From the NCBI GenBank assembly GCA_038042445.1, contig JBBTED010000027.1, positions 32,001-96,000 of the forward strand: a stretch of DNA of 64,000 nt, given 5' to 3'. A model generated the notes under the pieces. That model did no database searches and was not told the DNA's origin. It saw only the letters and a list, made by a program, of their open reading frames with translations. This document shows, one piece after another, positions 1 through 9,523 of the stretch. The first letter of the stretch is position 1, and every line of letters starts with the position of its first letter. A program made the translations under genes and the position numbers. This DNA comes from Candidatus Firestoneibacteriota bacterium. Its GTDB lineage: Bacteria > Oederibacteriota > D2-FULL-39-29 > JBBTED01.

Positions 1-9
1 GAAAGTGAG

Positions 10-198
10 ATGAGTAAATTTGTAAAAAAATTAAAGAATAAAACTAACAACAAGCAGAGCAATTACTTTAGTTTTGCTTTTGACAGAGAAGAAGATGTTC
101 ATCTTACACGAGGACGAGGGAATAAAAATCCAGTTAAAGCAGATAAATATTTATTTGATAATAAAATCCGTGAAATTTTTCGCAGGTTACATAAATAA
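10..198 (+). CDS. Small basic hypothetical protein (possibly spurious)
   Basis: 62-aa Lys-rich ORF, no recognisable motif. Confidence 0.25.
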   Translation: MSKFVKKLKNKTNNKQSNYFSFAFDREEDVHLTRGRGNKNPVKADKYLFDNKIREIFRRLHK

Positions 199-227
199 TT
201 ATTTGCCCTGCCAAACAAACAATTTTA

Positions 228-256
228 TTGACGACTCGCCATATATTGTGTATATT
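228..256 (+). promoter_or_regulatory. Sigma70-type promoter of the TA operon
   Basis: TTGACG-17 nt-TATATT with TG extension, upstream of AGGAGG and ATG 343. Confidence 0.6.
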
Positions 257-342
257 TAATAAAGAAATTAAGTATTTCAGTAAACAAGCTTATTAAGTGA
301 AGTGTGTAAAAAAATGCATAAACATATACAGGAGGCATAATT

Positions 343-624
343 ATGGTAATTACTAAAACATTTATTCGACAGCATTATTTAATTACTCTACCCAAAGAAG
401 TAAGGGAAAATACGTCTATTGAAGTTGGAGATCCAATAGAAATACTTGTTTCAGATAATGGACAAATTCTTCTCAAACCATTAAAAACTATAGATGCATC
501 TCAATCTTGGTTTTGGACAAAAGAACATCAGCAGGTAGAAAAAGAAGCCGAAAAAGAATTAAAAACAGGAAAAATGAAATCATCCAAAAATGTCAAACAT
601 TTAATTTATGAACTCAACAAATAA
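343..624 (+). CDS. AbrB/MazE/SpoVT-family antitoxin
   Basis: ITLPKEVRE..IEVGD AbrB fold, QSWFWT tail; overlaps downstream toxin-like ORF. Confidence 0.8.
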   Translation: MVITKTFIRQHYLITLPKEVRENTSIEVGDPIEILVSDNGQILLKPLKTIDASQSWFWTKEHQQVEKEAEKELKTGKMKSSKNVKHLIYELNK

Positions 625-877
625 TTTTTTTTGGTCATCTCGTTTTGAACACAATTATAAAAAACTTTCTACAGAAAATAAAGAAAAAATAAATAAAGCA
701 CTACTTAAAATGGAAGAAAATTTATATTACTCTTCACTGGGCGTTAAAAAAATTAAGGGTGTACCCAATATATGGGAAGCAAGAGCTTCTCAATCCCTAA
801 GAATCACTTTTACTTTAGAAAAAAATGGGGTTTACTTGCGTACAGTAGGACAACACAATATTCTTAAAAATCCTTAA
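608..877 (+). CDS. RelE/ParE-superfamily toxin
   Basis: 89 aa, F..YKKL, SLGVKKIKG..IWEAR....RITF, VGQH. Confidence 0.75.
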   Translation: MNSTNNFFWSSRFEHNYKKLSTENKEKINKALLKMEENLYYSSLGVKKIKGVPNIWEARASQSLRITFTLEKNGVYLRTVGQHNILKNP

Positions 878-881
878 AAAA

Positions 882-958
882 GTCATTCCTGCGAAAACAA
901 AAATCCAGAAACATTTTGTCTTTCTTGTTTTTTCTCGCAGGCTAAAGCCTGCGCCTAC
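882..958. repeat. Degenerate GTCATTCC palindrome plus GTAG REP-like palindrome
   Basis: gtcattcctgcgaaa..aatccag (882-908); cgcaggctaaagcctgcg-cctac (936-958) between convergent genes. Confidence 0.6.
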
Positions 959-966
959 ACCAAAAA

Positions 967-1476
967 TTAAGGTTTTTTTAAAAATTGTTTTTCAATTAGG
1001 TCTACAAGTTTTTTGGGCTGGTGAAAAGTAAAACAGGGGATTGTTTTAAAGTTATCTTTTAGGTAAAGTTTTTTACCTGTATTATTAACTATAGCAATTA
1101 GATTATCATTTTTGGTGCATAATAATTCCCCAGAACGTGTTACTTCAATTTTGGGATTACTTTCTTTCTTATAACCCTCAGTTATAATAATATCTACGTC
1201 AGTCAATAATTCTTTAGAAATTTTGCTAACTTTATATTCAGAGGTTAAATTCTTTATCATAGCCATTTTGTTATGCGAAGCGATAATTGTTGTTTGTGCT
1301 CCTGCTTTGTTTATTCTCCATGTATCTTTGCCTTTATAATCCATTTCAAAATGATGAACATCATGTTTTATTGCACCAATTTTATATCCTCTTTTTTTTA
1401 ACTGTGGAATAATTTTTTCAAGTAATGTTGTTTTCCCGCTATTTGATTTTCCAACAAATGAAATTATAGGTATCAT
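967..1476 (-). CDS. mobB: Molybdopterin-guanine dinucleotide biosynthesis protein B
   Basis: GKSNSGKTT, IKHDVH, GKDTW, EGYK motifs. Confidence 0.93.
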   Translation of the reverse strand: MIPIISFVGKSNSGKTTLLEKIIPQLKKRGYKIGAIKHDVHHFEMDYKGKDTWRINKAGAQTTIIASHNKMAMIKNLTSEYKVSKISKELLTDVDIIITEGYKKESNPKIEVTRSGELLCTKNDNLIAIVNNTGKKLYLKDNFKTIPCFTFHQPKKLVDLIEKQFLKKP

Positions 1477-1478
1477 AT

Positions 1479-2477
1479 TTAAATTAGTTTTTTTAATAAG
1501 AAACTACAAGACAATCCCACTCCTATTGCTACACTCATATCAGAAACAACACATAATAATCCAACAGCTGTTGCAAAAAATAATTTTTCCTTTTGCCCAA
1601 ATAAATCTTGTATCAATTGTGCATGTTTAATTCCTGTATATATCAAAAGACTCCCTAATATTGAAAATGGTATTAAAGAAAAAATGTTGGCTATTGATTT
1701 GCCTAAAAAAATTGCTGCTATAATAAAAATACTGCCCAACATTATATTAGCTCCGCCTGTTCTTGCGCCAAATTTGTAATGAGCTGTTAAACCACCTGCT
1801 CCATGACAAACAGGCATACCACCTAATACACCTGATATGATATTCGCTATACCCAAAGAAGTAGTAATTGCAACAGATGTAACTTTTGAAGATTTTTCAT
1901 TAAAATATTTTTGTGCTGTATCAACTGTTGCAATAACTGAATTACCGATTGTTACAGGTAATTGAGGTAATACAAGTGTAGAAAAAGCCAAAACAAAACT
2001 TTGTATATCAGGAAAACCAAAATTAGGAATAACAAATCCGAATGATAACGGAAAAATATTATGCGATTGGTGATTTCCAATAATTAATTTTATTCCATTT
2101 ATAATAAGCATAATACCCAACCCAAATTGTATTCCTCTAACTATAGGCAATGTAAATAACTTATGTATAAAATTTATTAGTTTTGTTACAGATAACAGAA
2201 TAAGGATTATTCCCATAATAATACCTGCAGCAGACAAAACCTCAGGTTTTGCATTTGTAACAATAGCAATAACAGCCATTGCTTTCATAGGCTGGACAGG
2301 AAATGGAATTTTAAAGTATATGCCTGTTATAAAATATAGTAGTCCTACTACAAAAAATAGAGATGTAGGATTTACACCATTTAGTAAAATAAGCGCAACA
2401 GATAAAGGTATAAGAACACCTAAATCACCTAAACTTCCTATAAATTCTTTTAAGTTAAATTTATAGTCTTTGAACAT
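1479..2477 (-). CDS. MOT1-family molybdate/oxyanion transporter
   Basis: GSLGDLG, PVQPMK, PVCHGAGGL..HYKFGART; start moved to ATG 2477 (TAATG overlap with moaA stop). Confidence 0.85.
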   Translation of the reverse strand: MFKDYKFNLKEFIGSLGDLGVLIPLSVALILLNGVNPTSLFFVVGLLYFITGIYFKIPFPVQPMKAMAVIAIVTNAKPEVLSAAGIIMGIILILLSVTKLINFIHKLFTLPIVRGIQFGLGIMLIINGIKLIIGNHQSHNIFPLSFGFVIPNFGFPDIQSFVLAFSTLVLPQLPVTIGNSVIATVDTAQKYFNEKSSKVTSVAITTSLGIANIISGVLGGMPVCHGAGGLTAHYKFGARTGGANIMLGSIFIIAAIFLGKSIANIFSLIPFSILGSLLIYTGIKHAQLIQDLFGQKEKLFFATAVGLLCVVSDMSVAIGVGLSCSFLLKKLI

Positions 2478-3445
2478 TATCCACCAACCTGACACATAAT
2501 GTTTTCATTATGATAAGAATTGAAAAATTTGCCTGTTGATTTTAAGCTAACTGCAGAAAGTATTGTGTTTTTTATTTCATTATCCGTATGTTTATTTCTC
2601 AATAAAGTTTTTAAGTCCACCTCTTCCGGAGAATGCAAACATAATTTTAATTTGCCATCAGCAGTTAATCGCAAACGATTACAGGAAAAACAAAAATATG
2701 AGGAAATAGGTCCTATGAACCCAACAGCTCCACCTTTAACCTGAAAATATTTTGCAGGACCTCCACCTGAAATTGTATCCATTGGAGTAAGATTCCAGTA
2801 TTTACTACATATGTTTTTTATTTCCTCTATTGAAACAAATTTGTCATTGCTCCAACCAAGACTATTATAAGTAGGCATATATTCTATAAATCTAACTATA
2901 TATGGATTTTCTATACAGAGCCGTATAAAATCCAGGATTTCATCATCATTTATATTTTTAATTACTACTGTATTAATTTTAATAGGTGAAAAATTTAACT
3001 TCTGCACTTCATCAATACCAGCTAATACCTGTGACAAACTACATCCTCTTGCTATCTTAATAAATTTATCATTATGTAATGTATCCAGACTTATGTTTAT
3101 ACGCTTTAAACCCGCATTTTTTAAATCTCTTGCATATTCTTTCAATAAAATACCATTAGTAGTAAGAGATATATCTTCTAAACCATTAATAGAATATATT
3201 TTTTTTATGAATTCTATTACTCCTTTTCTTACTAATGGTTCACCACCTGTTATTTTTATTTTTTTAATTCCCAATGACACAAGAATTCCAATCATTTTTT
3301 CCAATTCTTCAAAACTCAATATTTCATTTTTAGATTTTGGAATAACAGGTTTGTCCGGCATACAATAGATACAATTTAGATTACACCTATCTGTTATTGA
3401 AACTCTTAAATAGTCTATTTTTCTACCTAATGAATCTATTAGCAT
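2477..3445 (-). CDS. moaA: GTP 3',8-cyclase (radical SAM)
   Basis: YLRVSITDRCNLNCIYC, CFSCNRLR..GKLKLC, C-terminal GG; start ATG 3445 (or TTG 3451). Confidence 0.95.
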   Translation of the reverse strand: MLIDSLGRKIDYLRVSITDRCNLNCIYCMPDKPVIPKSKNEILSFEELEKMIGILVSLGIKKIKITGGEPLVRKGVIEFIKKIYSINGLEDISLTTNGILLKEYARDLKNAGLKRINISLDTLHNDKFIKIARGCSLSQVLAGIDEVQKLNFSPIKINTVVIKNINDDEILDFIRLCIENPYIVRFIEYMPTYNSLGWSNDKFVSIEEIKNICSKYWNLTPMDTISGGGPAKYFQVKGGAVGFIGPISSYFCFSCNRLRLTADGKLKLCLHSPEEVDLKTLLRNKHTDNEIKNTILSAVSLKSTGKFFNSYHNENIMCQVGG

Positions 3446-3460
3446 AGTCAATTTATCCTA

Positions 3461-3525
3461 CAGGACAAGAATGTCCCGCCTATCGTACAAATCATGATAG
3501 GTTGGGTTTTCTAACCCAACAAACT
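3461..3525. repeat. REP-like doublet (caggacaagaatgtcc / gttgggttttctaacccaac), copy 1
   Basis: Near-identical to about 3711-3775 and related to about 11963-12013. Confidence 0.8.
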
Positions 3526-3545
3526 GTTTTTTGGGGCCACTTTAA

Positions 3546-3589
3546 ACAAAAAAACCAGCACCTCTTTATTTTCAAGAGAAGCTGGTTTC
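3546..3589 (-). terminator. Intrinsic terminator, riboswitch expression platform
   Basis: Minus strand AAACCAGC..CTC-loop-GAG..GCTGGTTT followed by a U tract. Confidence 0.8.
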
Positions 3590-3596
3590 TTTCCAG

Positions 3597-3695
3597 TTCT
3601 CCTTTCCAAATATGAGGAGGCAGAACAATTTCTCGTTCTACCCGAATCGGCGCTATTCCATACCTAAAAAGGATTAGGAAATAGAGCTCGGAGAA
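3597..3695 (-). ncRNA. Moco/Tuco riboswitch (Moco RNA motif) lacking P3
   Basis: TTCTCCGAGC..CCTAA..TATGG..GC-CGATTC-GGGTAGAAC GAGAAATT GTTCTGCC TCC..GGAAAGGAGAA, upstream of moaA. Confidence 0.88.
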
Positions 3696-3710
3696 TTCCT
3701 TAATTTAATG

Positions 3711-3775
3711 CAGGACAAGAATGTCCTGCCTATCGTACAAATTACAATAGGTTGAGTTTTCTAACCCAACAAACT
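3711..3775. repeat. REP-like doublet, copy 2
   Basis: Direct repeat of 3461-3525; supplies the stop codon of tatA copy 1. Confidence 0.8.
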
Positions 3776-3940
3776 ATCTTTAATTTTATTTTCTTCTTCG
3801 TTTACTTCTTTAATTGATTTTTTGAATTCACCAATACTTTTGCCTATTCCTTTAGCTATATCAGGAAGTCTTTTAGCACCAAAAATCAAAAATGCTATTA
3901 CCAATATAACCAATAATTCTGGCATTCCTATATGTCCCAT
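3761..3940 (-). CDS. tatA: Twin-arginine translocase TatA, copy 1 (59 aa, absent from ORF track)
   Basis: Hand translation [59 protein letters not shown]. Confidence 0.92.
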   Translation of the reverse strand: MGHIGMPELLVILVIAFLIFGAKRLPDIAKGIGKSIGEFKKSIKEVNEEENKIKDSLLG

Positions 3941-3941
3941 T

Positions 3942-4472
3942 TTAATTCACCCCCGCTAAATTTTTAGATTCTGACTCTATAGAAATAATATTCTTTGTAA
4001 ATAAAGCAATATCGCGATAAAATGCAGTTTTAGCATTTTTTATCACATCATTACAAAAATCTGGCACCCATTGGGCAAGATGTTCCTGCACAAAAGTATT
4101 TTTTGCTTCAGATAAATTATATTTCCACAAATAACTCATAAATTCTAATTCTATACCTATGTGATCATCAAGATAATTTTGTGTGTTTAGAACTAAACCT
4201 GCATCTCTATAAAATTTTCTAACTTCTAACAAAGGCTCCTGACAGACAAGTTTTAAAGGTGAGTTGTATACAGATTCCCAGGGCGGTGCCAAAAGTTTGT
4301 GTGGACCTATAAAAAGTTGCGTATAATCCATTTTTAAATTAAACACATCAGCATCAGAAGATATATCTATTACATCTTGAACATCAGCAATTAACTGTTC
4401 ATCTGGAATTTTAAGAAAAGACAAACTCAATATGTGATAAACCTGAATATTTTTCATTTGTATTGTATTCAT
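3942..4472 (-). CDS. TorD/DmsD-family molybdoenzyme maturation chaperone
   Basis: [26 protein letters not shown]. Confidence 0.9.
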   Translation of the reverse strand: MNTIQMKNIQVYHILSLSFLKIPDEQLIADVQDVIDISSDADVFNLKMDYTQLFIGPHKLLAPPWESVYNSPLKLVCQEPLLEVRKFYRDAGLVLNTQNYLDDHIGIELEFMSYLWKYNLSEAKNTFVQEHLAQWVPDFCNDVIKNAKTAFYRDIALFTKNIISIESESKNLAGVN

Positions 4473-4490
4473 TGTTTAAAATTCCATATC

Positions 4491-4559
4491 CGTCATTGCG
4501 AACGAAGTGAAGCAATCTTATTTTTGGATTGCTTCGTCGTTTCACTTCTCGCAATGACG
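4491..4559. repeat. GTCATTGCGA-type long palindromic element
   Basis: cgtcattgcga..gaagcaatc / gattgcttc..tcgcaatgacg. Confidence 0.8.
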
Positions 4560-4566
4560 CCTTGCG

Positions 4567-5196
4567 TCATCTTAATACAACTTCTTTGAGATCATTAGAA
4601 GTCTTACGTGCTGGCTTAAATCTTGTAGAAGGTTTTGTATCTGATGGATCAGGAAAACCCGTTAATTGTTTAATTGTTCCTGATATTTTTTCATTTTCTG
4701 CTAATTTATCCCATTCAAGTGCTAATCCTAAACAAGTCTGAACACATGCAGGCTTTAAACCTTCATCAACACGTGGATAACAACCTATACATTTCTCATA
4801 TCTTTTCTTACCTTTAGATGGACTTTCATTAATCTGAGGAATACTGTATGGACAAGCATTTTTACAATTTCCACAGGACACACAAGTAACTTTTTCATAA
4901 TTAAGTGTGCCATCAGTATTTAAAGAAATATCATTATAAACTACAAGCCCATCTTTTTCTCTTTTTTCAATTCTCTTTACAGGACACACTTCAATACAAG
5001 CTGGCTCTTCACAATGATTACAACCTAAAGATAAATAACAAGTAATTGGATTTGGATATTTTCCACCTTCTAAAGTATGAACCTTTCTGTATCTTACTGT
5101 TACATCAACATTCCACTGCTGCTTACAAGCACCTTCGCAAGCGCGACATCCTATACAATTATCCTGATTGAAATAAAATCCTAATTGATTTTTCAT
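4567..5196 (-). CDS. Four-cluster Fe-S subunit (DmsB/PsrB-like)
   Basis: CIGCRACEGAC, CNHCEEPACIEVCP, CVSCGNCKNACP, CIGC..PACVQTC; start set at ATG 5196 after GGAGG. Confidence 0.9.
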   Translation of the reverse strand: MKNQLGFYFNQDNCIGCRACEGACKQQWNVDVTVRYRKVHTLEGGKYPNPITCYLSLGCNHCEEPACIEVCPVKRIEKREKDGLVVYNDISLNTDGTLNYEKVTCVSCGNCKNACPYSIPQINESPSKGKKRYEKCIGCYPRVDEGLKPACVQTCLGLALEWDKLAENEKISGTIKQLTGFPDPSDTKPSTRFKPARKTSNDLKEVVLR

Positions 5197-5251
5197 ATTT
5201 TCCCTCCAATTAATAAGCAAAGCTAAAGCTTTGCCCTACATAAATTTAAAC

Positions 5252-7639
5252 TTATGCTTTGTAAATTTTCACACCAACTTCTTTTGTAATAGCCTGGCCT
5301 GAAATAGCTTCTGCTTTACCAGGAAAAAATTGGCCATCTGCTACACCTTTACCTTTTGCAACAGAACCAAGTGCCCAGTGACCATAGCCATGATGTAAAC
5401 CAACAACTTCAGGATGAATTCCCTCTGTAAGATGAACTTTTCCTTTTGCTTTTGATATAGGAGATTCTATCCATACTTCATCACCATCATTTAAACCCAA
5501 TTTTTTTCCTGTATCAGTATTCATCCATAAAGGATTATCGGATTTCATTTCCATAAGCCATTCATTATTAAATGTTCTTGTATGAGTATGCTCTGCTTGT
5601 TTCCAACCAATAAGATAAAATGGATATTCTGATGTCGGCTTATCTTCCGGTTCAGTATACACTGGCAATGGATCATATCCTTTGTCTTTAAGCTGTTTAC
5701 TATAGAACTCTATTTTGCCAGATGGTGTCTTAAATCCATTTACAACCCAAAACCCATTACTCACTCCTATATATTTACCATCTTTGTCTTTAACTACTTT
5801 TGTGTCTGTATTAACAACAGCACCTTCTGGAACTTTAGCAGACTTTGAATATTTTTCATAAGTAGTTTTACCACCAATCCATGTAGCTCCATCCATAGCT
5901 CTTAATTCTGCTATAGAAATATTTATACCTGCTTTTAATTCTTCATTCATAGCTTCTTCATCTGTCTTCTCAAAACCTTTTCCATTTTTATCTTTCAATC
6001 CAAGTTTTTTTCCTACTGCTTTTACAAATTCATACTCTGTCATTCCATTTATCCATGATTTAACAACAGGCTGTCTTAAACCTAAAGCAGGAAATGTTAC
6101 CCAATTAGAATTCAAATCATATCTCTCTAAAAAATTACTTCCAGGGACAATCAAATCAGCTAACTCTGCTGTCTCTGAAAGATGTGTGTCAACTACTATT
6201 ACAAATTCCATATTCTTAATTGCTTCAAGATTTTTTGCTGTATTTGGAACTGACATAACCCAATTCTGAAAAACAAAAACAGCAGCTTTAACAGGATATG
6301 GTTTACCTGTTAACATTGCCTCACGTGCTTCTATATATATTCCAGAACCATGACCAAATGGATATTTTGTTCCAAGTCCATCTACACGTTGAGCTTTGGA
6401 TTTATCAACAGAAAATTTTATGTGTTTACCACCTTTTTTATCCGGACTAATCATTGTGCCTGATTTATCATAAAATCCAAGAAGTGCTGGTATCATAGCA
6501 ACAGCTCTTGAACCTTGTGTAGCATTTGTATGATGTCCAGGACCACTCCATACATCTATAACTGCTGATTTAGAAGATGCAAGTTCTCTCGCTATTCTTC
6601 TTACTACATCAGCAGGAACTGATGTGATTTTTTCCTGCCATTCAGGTGTTTTATCTGCAATAAATTTTTCATATTCATCAAATCCTATTGTCCAATTTTC
6701 AATAAAATCCTTGTTATACAGCTTTTCAGTAACAATAACATTGCCTATAGCAAGTGCCATAGCACCATCTGTTCCAGGTCGTAGTGAAATCCATTCATCT
6801 GCTTTAGCAGCTGTAGCTGAAAATACAGGGTCTACAACAACTAATTTTGCGCCTTTTTCTCTGCCTCTGTTTATAATAGCAGGCAAATGTGCCCATTTCA
6901 TTGCACCAAGAGGATTCCAGCCAAATAGTAATACATAATCAGCATTTTGAAAATCAGCTAAAGGTCTTTCATCTCCCATAACTGTAGAAAAACCTCTTTT
7001 TCTTGATACATCGCATAAATTTGCATGATTGTGATAATTAGGTGTGCCGAATAAATCACAAAAATCTATTTGTATATGTGTAAATGAATGGTCTTCAGAA
7101 AACCATACAAGAGATTCTGCACCATATTTTTTCTTTATTTCAGTTAATTTTGACGCAGCTTCTTCTATTGCTTGTTCCCATGTTATTGGTTCCCATTGCC
7201 CACTTCCTCTTTCACCTATTCGTTTCATAGGAGTTTTCAATCTATCCGGATCATACAAAGATTTTATAGCAGAATTACCTTTTGGACACATTCTGCCACC
7301 ACGTGATTTTTCATTTACAAAATCATTATATATATTAGCCACACCTATAGGATTATGTTCATTTGGTTCAATTTTGCGAATAACACCATCTATTACATTT
7401 ACCTTTATACCAGTTTGTCCACCACACATATTACAACAGGTATAAATCCACGTCCCTGTCTTTGCTTCTTTTTCTGCTGCAGTAGCTTCCCTGAATATAC
7501 CTAATTTGTTATCCAGGAATAAACCACTTGCAATAGCTGCAGTTCCTGTTACAGAACTCCACTTTAAAAATTCTCTTCTGGTAAATTTTTTTCCTGTAAC
7601 TTCAGAAAATAGATTTTTTTCTTTCTTCAAAATTTCCAT
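5252..7639 (-). CDS. Tat-exported molybdopterin oxidoreductase catalytic subunit, PsrA/PhsA/SrrA-like
   Basis: TRREFLK Tat motif; CCNMCGGQT..CPKG; YDPDRLK; likely Cys Mo ligand in HANLCD; TPSGKIE. Confidence 0.88.
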   Translation of the reverse strand: MEILKKEKNLFSEVTGKKFTRREFLKWSSVTGTAAIASGLFLDNKLGIFREATAAEKEAKTGTWIYTCCNMCGGQTGIKVNVIDGVIRKIEPNEHNPIGVANIYNDFVNEKSRGGRMCPKGNSAIKSLYDPDRLKTPMKRIGERGSGQWEPITWEQAIEEAASKLTEIKKKYGAESLVWFSEDHSFTHIQIDFCDLFGTPNYHNHANLCDVSRKRGFSTVMGDERPLADFQNADYVLLFGWNPLGAMKWAHLPAIINRGREKGAKLVVVDPVFSATAAKADEWISLRPGTDGAMALAIGNVIVTEKLYNKDFIENWTIGFDEYEKFIADKTPEWQEKITSVPADVVRRIARELASSKSAVIDVWSGPGHHTNATQGSRAVAMIPALLGFYDKSGTMISPDKKGGKHIKFSVDKSKAQRVDGLGTKYPFGHGSGIYIEAREAMLTGKPYPVKAAVFVFQNWVMSVPNTAKNLEAIKNMEFVIVVDTHLSETAELADLIVPGSNFLERYDLNSNWVTFPALGLRQPVVKSWINGMTEYEFVKAVGKKLGLKDKNGKGFEKTDEEAMNEELKAGINISIAELRAMDGATWIGGKTTYEKYSKSAKVPEGAVVNTDTKVVKDKDGKYIGVSNGFWVVNGFKTPSGKIEFYSKQLKDKGYDPLPVYTEPEDKPTSEYPFYLIGWKQAEHTHTRTFNNEWLMEMKSDNPLWMNTDTGKKLGLNDGDEVWIESPISKAKGKVHLTEGIHPEVVGLHHGYGHWALGSVAKGKGVADGQFFPGKAEAISGQAITKEVGVKIYKA

Positions 7640-7673
7640 TCATAAACCTCCTTGAGTATGTAAATTCTTAATT

Positions 7674-7716
7674 GTAGTTGCTGATTTATCAGCATTGCCC
7701 ATAAATGGGCAACTAC
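7674..7716. repeat. GTAG REP doublet
   Basis: gtagttgctgatttatcagc..gcccataaatgggcaactac; relatives at 8761-8812 and 59298-59346. Confidence 0.8.
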
Positions 7717-7725
7717 AGTAAATTT

Positions 7726-8745
7726 TTAAAAGTTAATCAACATATGTGTATAAATAACATTCGCGTTAGTTTGACCGGCATTACCTTCATATTTAACTTG
7801 TTGATTATCTACTGTGATTTTTATACCATCTGCAATATCATAACCAATTCCATAAATAGCTCTGTAGTGCGTATCTTCTGTTTTATTGTTATCTGGATCA
7901 AACCAATCGTATCTTGCAAAAGCAGATAAATTACCAAATAATTTATAAAAACCCCATCCAGAATAACCCCGGCCCACAGTATTAGTTCCACCCTGACTTG
8001 ATTGATCTATAGTATATAAATATTCTCCTGCTACAGTATAATTATCCTGTTCTAAACTCACAAATCCCATTGAACGATCTCTTTTTTGATTTGCATTGAC
8101 AAGTCCAGCTCTATGATGTGCTGCAATTTTCAAACCTTTCAAAGTATCAGGCATCGGAGTTAATCTAACCAAAGCATAACCATCTTTTGTTTTGTTTGCT
8201 TCAGGTCTGGCATAACCTTCGCCATTTGCAAGAACAAGATAGTATTCTAAATATTTGCTGATCAATTCGCCTCCAAGTTTTATTCCCAAATCACTTGATG
8301 TTTGTTTGCCTTCTGTATCTGCAAATATTGTACTTACAAAACGATGTTTCCATGTTCCCTCAACAACTGAATGCCATGGTAAACCTAATATACCAATAGA
8401 AAGTGTTGAAGAAGGCAATACATCCTTTATATCAATATAAGCAGTTTTAACAAAAACCTGTAATGAATTAGGATTTAGTGCAGACCATCTTCCTGAATCC
8501 AGTGTTAAGCTTAATCCAATTTTTTCTGCTAAATTGCTTTTAAAAGTCAAATATGTTCTTGTTAATTCAAATGCATTATAATCTGCTCCTTTTTCTGTTA
8601 AATCATAAGAATATTGAGAAAAAACAACGCCTGAAACTTTAATATCCTTTAACTTAACATCTGCCGCAAAAACAAAACTAACCATACATATTAGTACTAT
8701 TGGTACTAATATTGCTATTTTTTTATTTTTATGCATTTCTACCAT
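7726..8745 (-). CDS. Outer-membrane beta-barrel porin (OprO/P-like)
   Basis: Signal peptide, FELTRTYL, ARYDWFDP, amphipathic strands, C-terminal Phe. Confidence 0.7.
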   Translation of the reverse strand: MVEMHKNKKIAILVPIVLICMVSFVFAADVKLKDIKVSGVVFSQYSYDLTEKGADYNAFELTRTYLTFKSNLAEKIGLSLTLDSGRWSALNPNSLQVFVKTAYIDIKDVLPSSTLSIGILGLPWHSVVEGTWKHRFVSTIFADTEGKQTSSDLGIKLGGELISKYLEYYLVLANGEGYARPEANKTKDGYALVRLTPMPDTLKGLKIAAHHRAGLVNANQKRDRSMGFVSLEQDNYTVAGEYLYTIDQSSQGGTNTVGRGYSGWGFYKLFGNLSAFARYDWFDPDNNKTEDTHYRAIYGIGYDIADGIKITVDNQQVKYEGNAGQTNANVIYTHMLINF

Positions 8746-8760
8746 CTCCTTTTTTTATAT

Positions 8761-8812
8761 GTAGTTGCTGATTTATCAGCTGTCTTTTTATTGCCGATAA
8801 ATCGGCAACTAC
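8761..8812. repeat. GTAG REP doublet
   Basis: gtagttgctgatttatcagc..gccgataaatcggcaactac. Confidence 0.8.
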
Positions 8813-8902
8813 ATTGATTTTTTTACAAAAGATATAAATTTTTATCAATTTTTCCAAAATATTTATAGTCAGAATAATTATTGGGGTATGTAAGGTAAAT
8901 TC

Positions 8903-9523
8903 CTATAATTTAAAAAGGCCTGTTTTTATTGCATAATCAGTAAGTTCTGAACGGCCTGTCACACCTAATTTCTCCATAATTCTTGCTCTGTATGTTTCCA
9001 CGGTTTTAATACTTAAATCAAGTTTTTCTGCTATTTCCTTATTTACAAAACCTTTTGCAAGAAAGGTCAAAACTTCTTTTTCTCTTGGGCTTAATTTTTG
9101 CTCCGCTTCTTTTTCTTTTAACAATTTTGCCATACTGGAATGTATAAAAATATTTCCCTGCGAAATTGTTCTTATAGCATTTATAAGCGCAGCATCTGCT
9201 GCTTTTTTTGGCACATATCCTTTTGCACCAATTTTAATAAACTCCTGAAAGTATTCTGGCTCCTCATGCATTGTGAGGACAAGTATTTTAATCAATTGAT
9301 TCTGTTGCAAAAGTTTTTTTGCTACCTCAAGCCCATTCATATCAGGCATAGTGATATCAAGTAAAATAATATCCGGATTCAGTGTTTTACTTTTTATAAG
9401 AGCTTCTTTACCATTTGATGCTTCTCCAATTATATGTATATCCTGCTCTTTCTCAAGTAGCATCTTTAATCCTGCTCTTAAAATTGCATGGTCATCTACT
9501 ATTAAAACTTTAATTTTTACCAT
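8903..9523 (-). CDS. NarL/LuxR-family response regulator
   Basis: REC domain (DDH, LLDITMP) plus LSPREKEVL..SIKTVETYR HTH. Confidence 0.93.
   Translation of the reverse strand: MVKIKVLIVDDHAILRAGLKMLLEKEQDIHIIGEASNGKEALIKSKTLNPDIILLDITMPDMNGLEVAKKLLQQNQLIKILVLTMHEEPEYFQEFIKIGAKGYVPKKAADAALINAIRTISQGNIFIHSSMAKLLKEKEAEQKLSPREKEVLTFLAKGFVNKEIAEKLDLSIKTVETYRARIMEKLGVTGRSELTDYAIKTGLFKL

Noticed and set aside
3461..3775. Two 65-bp direct repeats as CRISPR or att sites
   Set aside because: They are a dispersed REP-like family, also at 11963; no integrase or cas gene
4529..4741. 70-aa plus-strand ORF
   Set aside because: Starts in a palindromic repeat and is antisense to the Fe-S subunit
5252..7639. 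Naming the enzyme arrA, arxA, fdh or napA
   Set aside because: Diagnostic motifs are absent; substrate cannot be assigned without phylogeny
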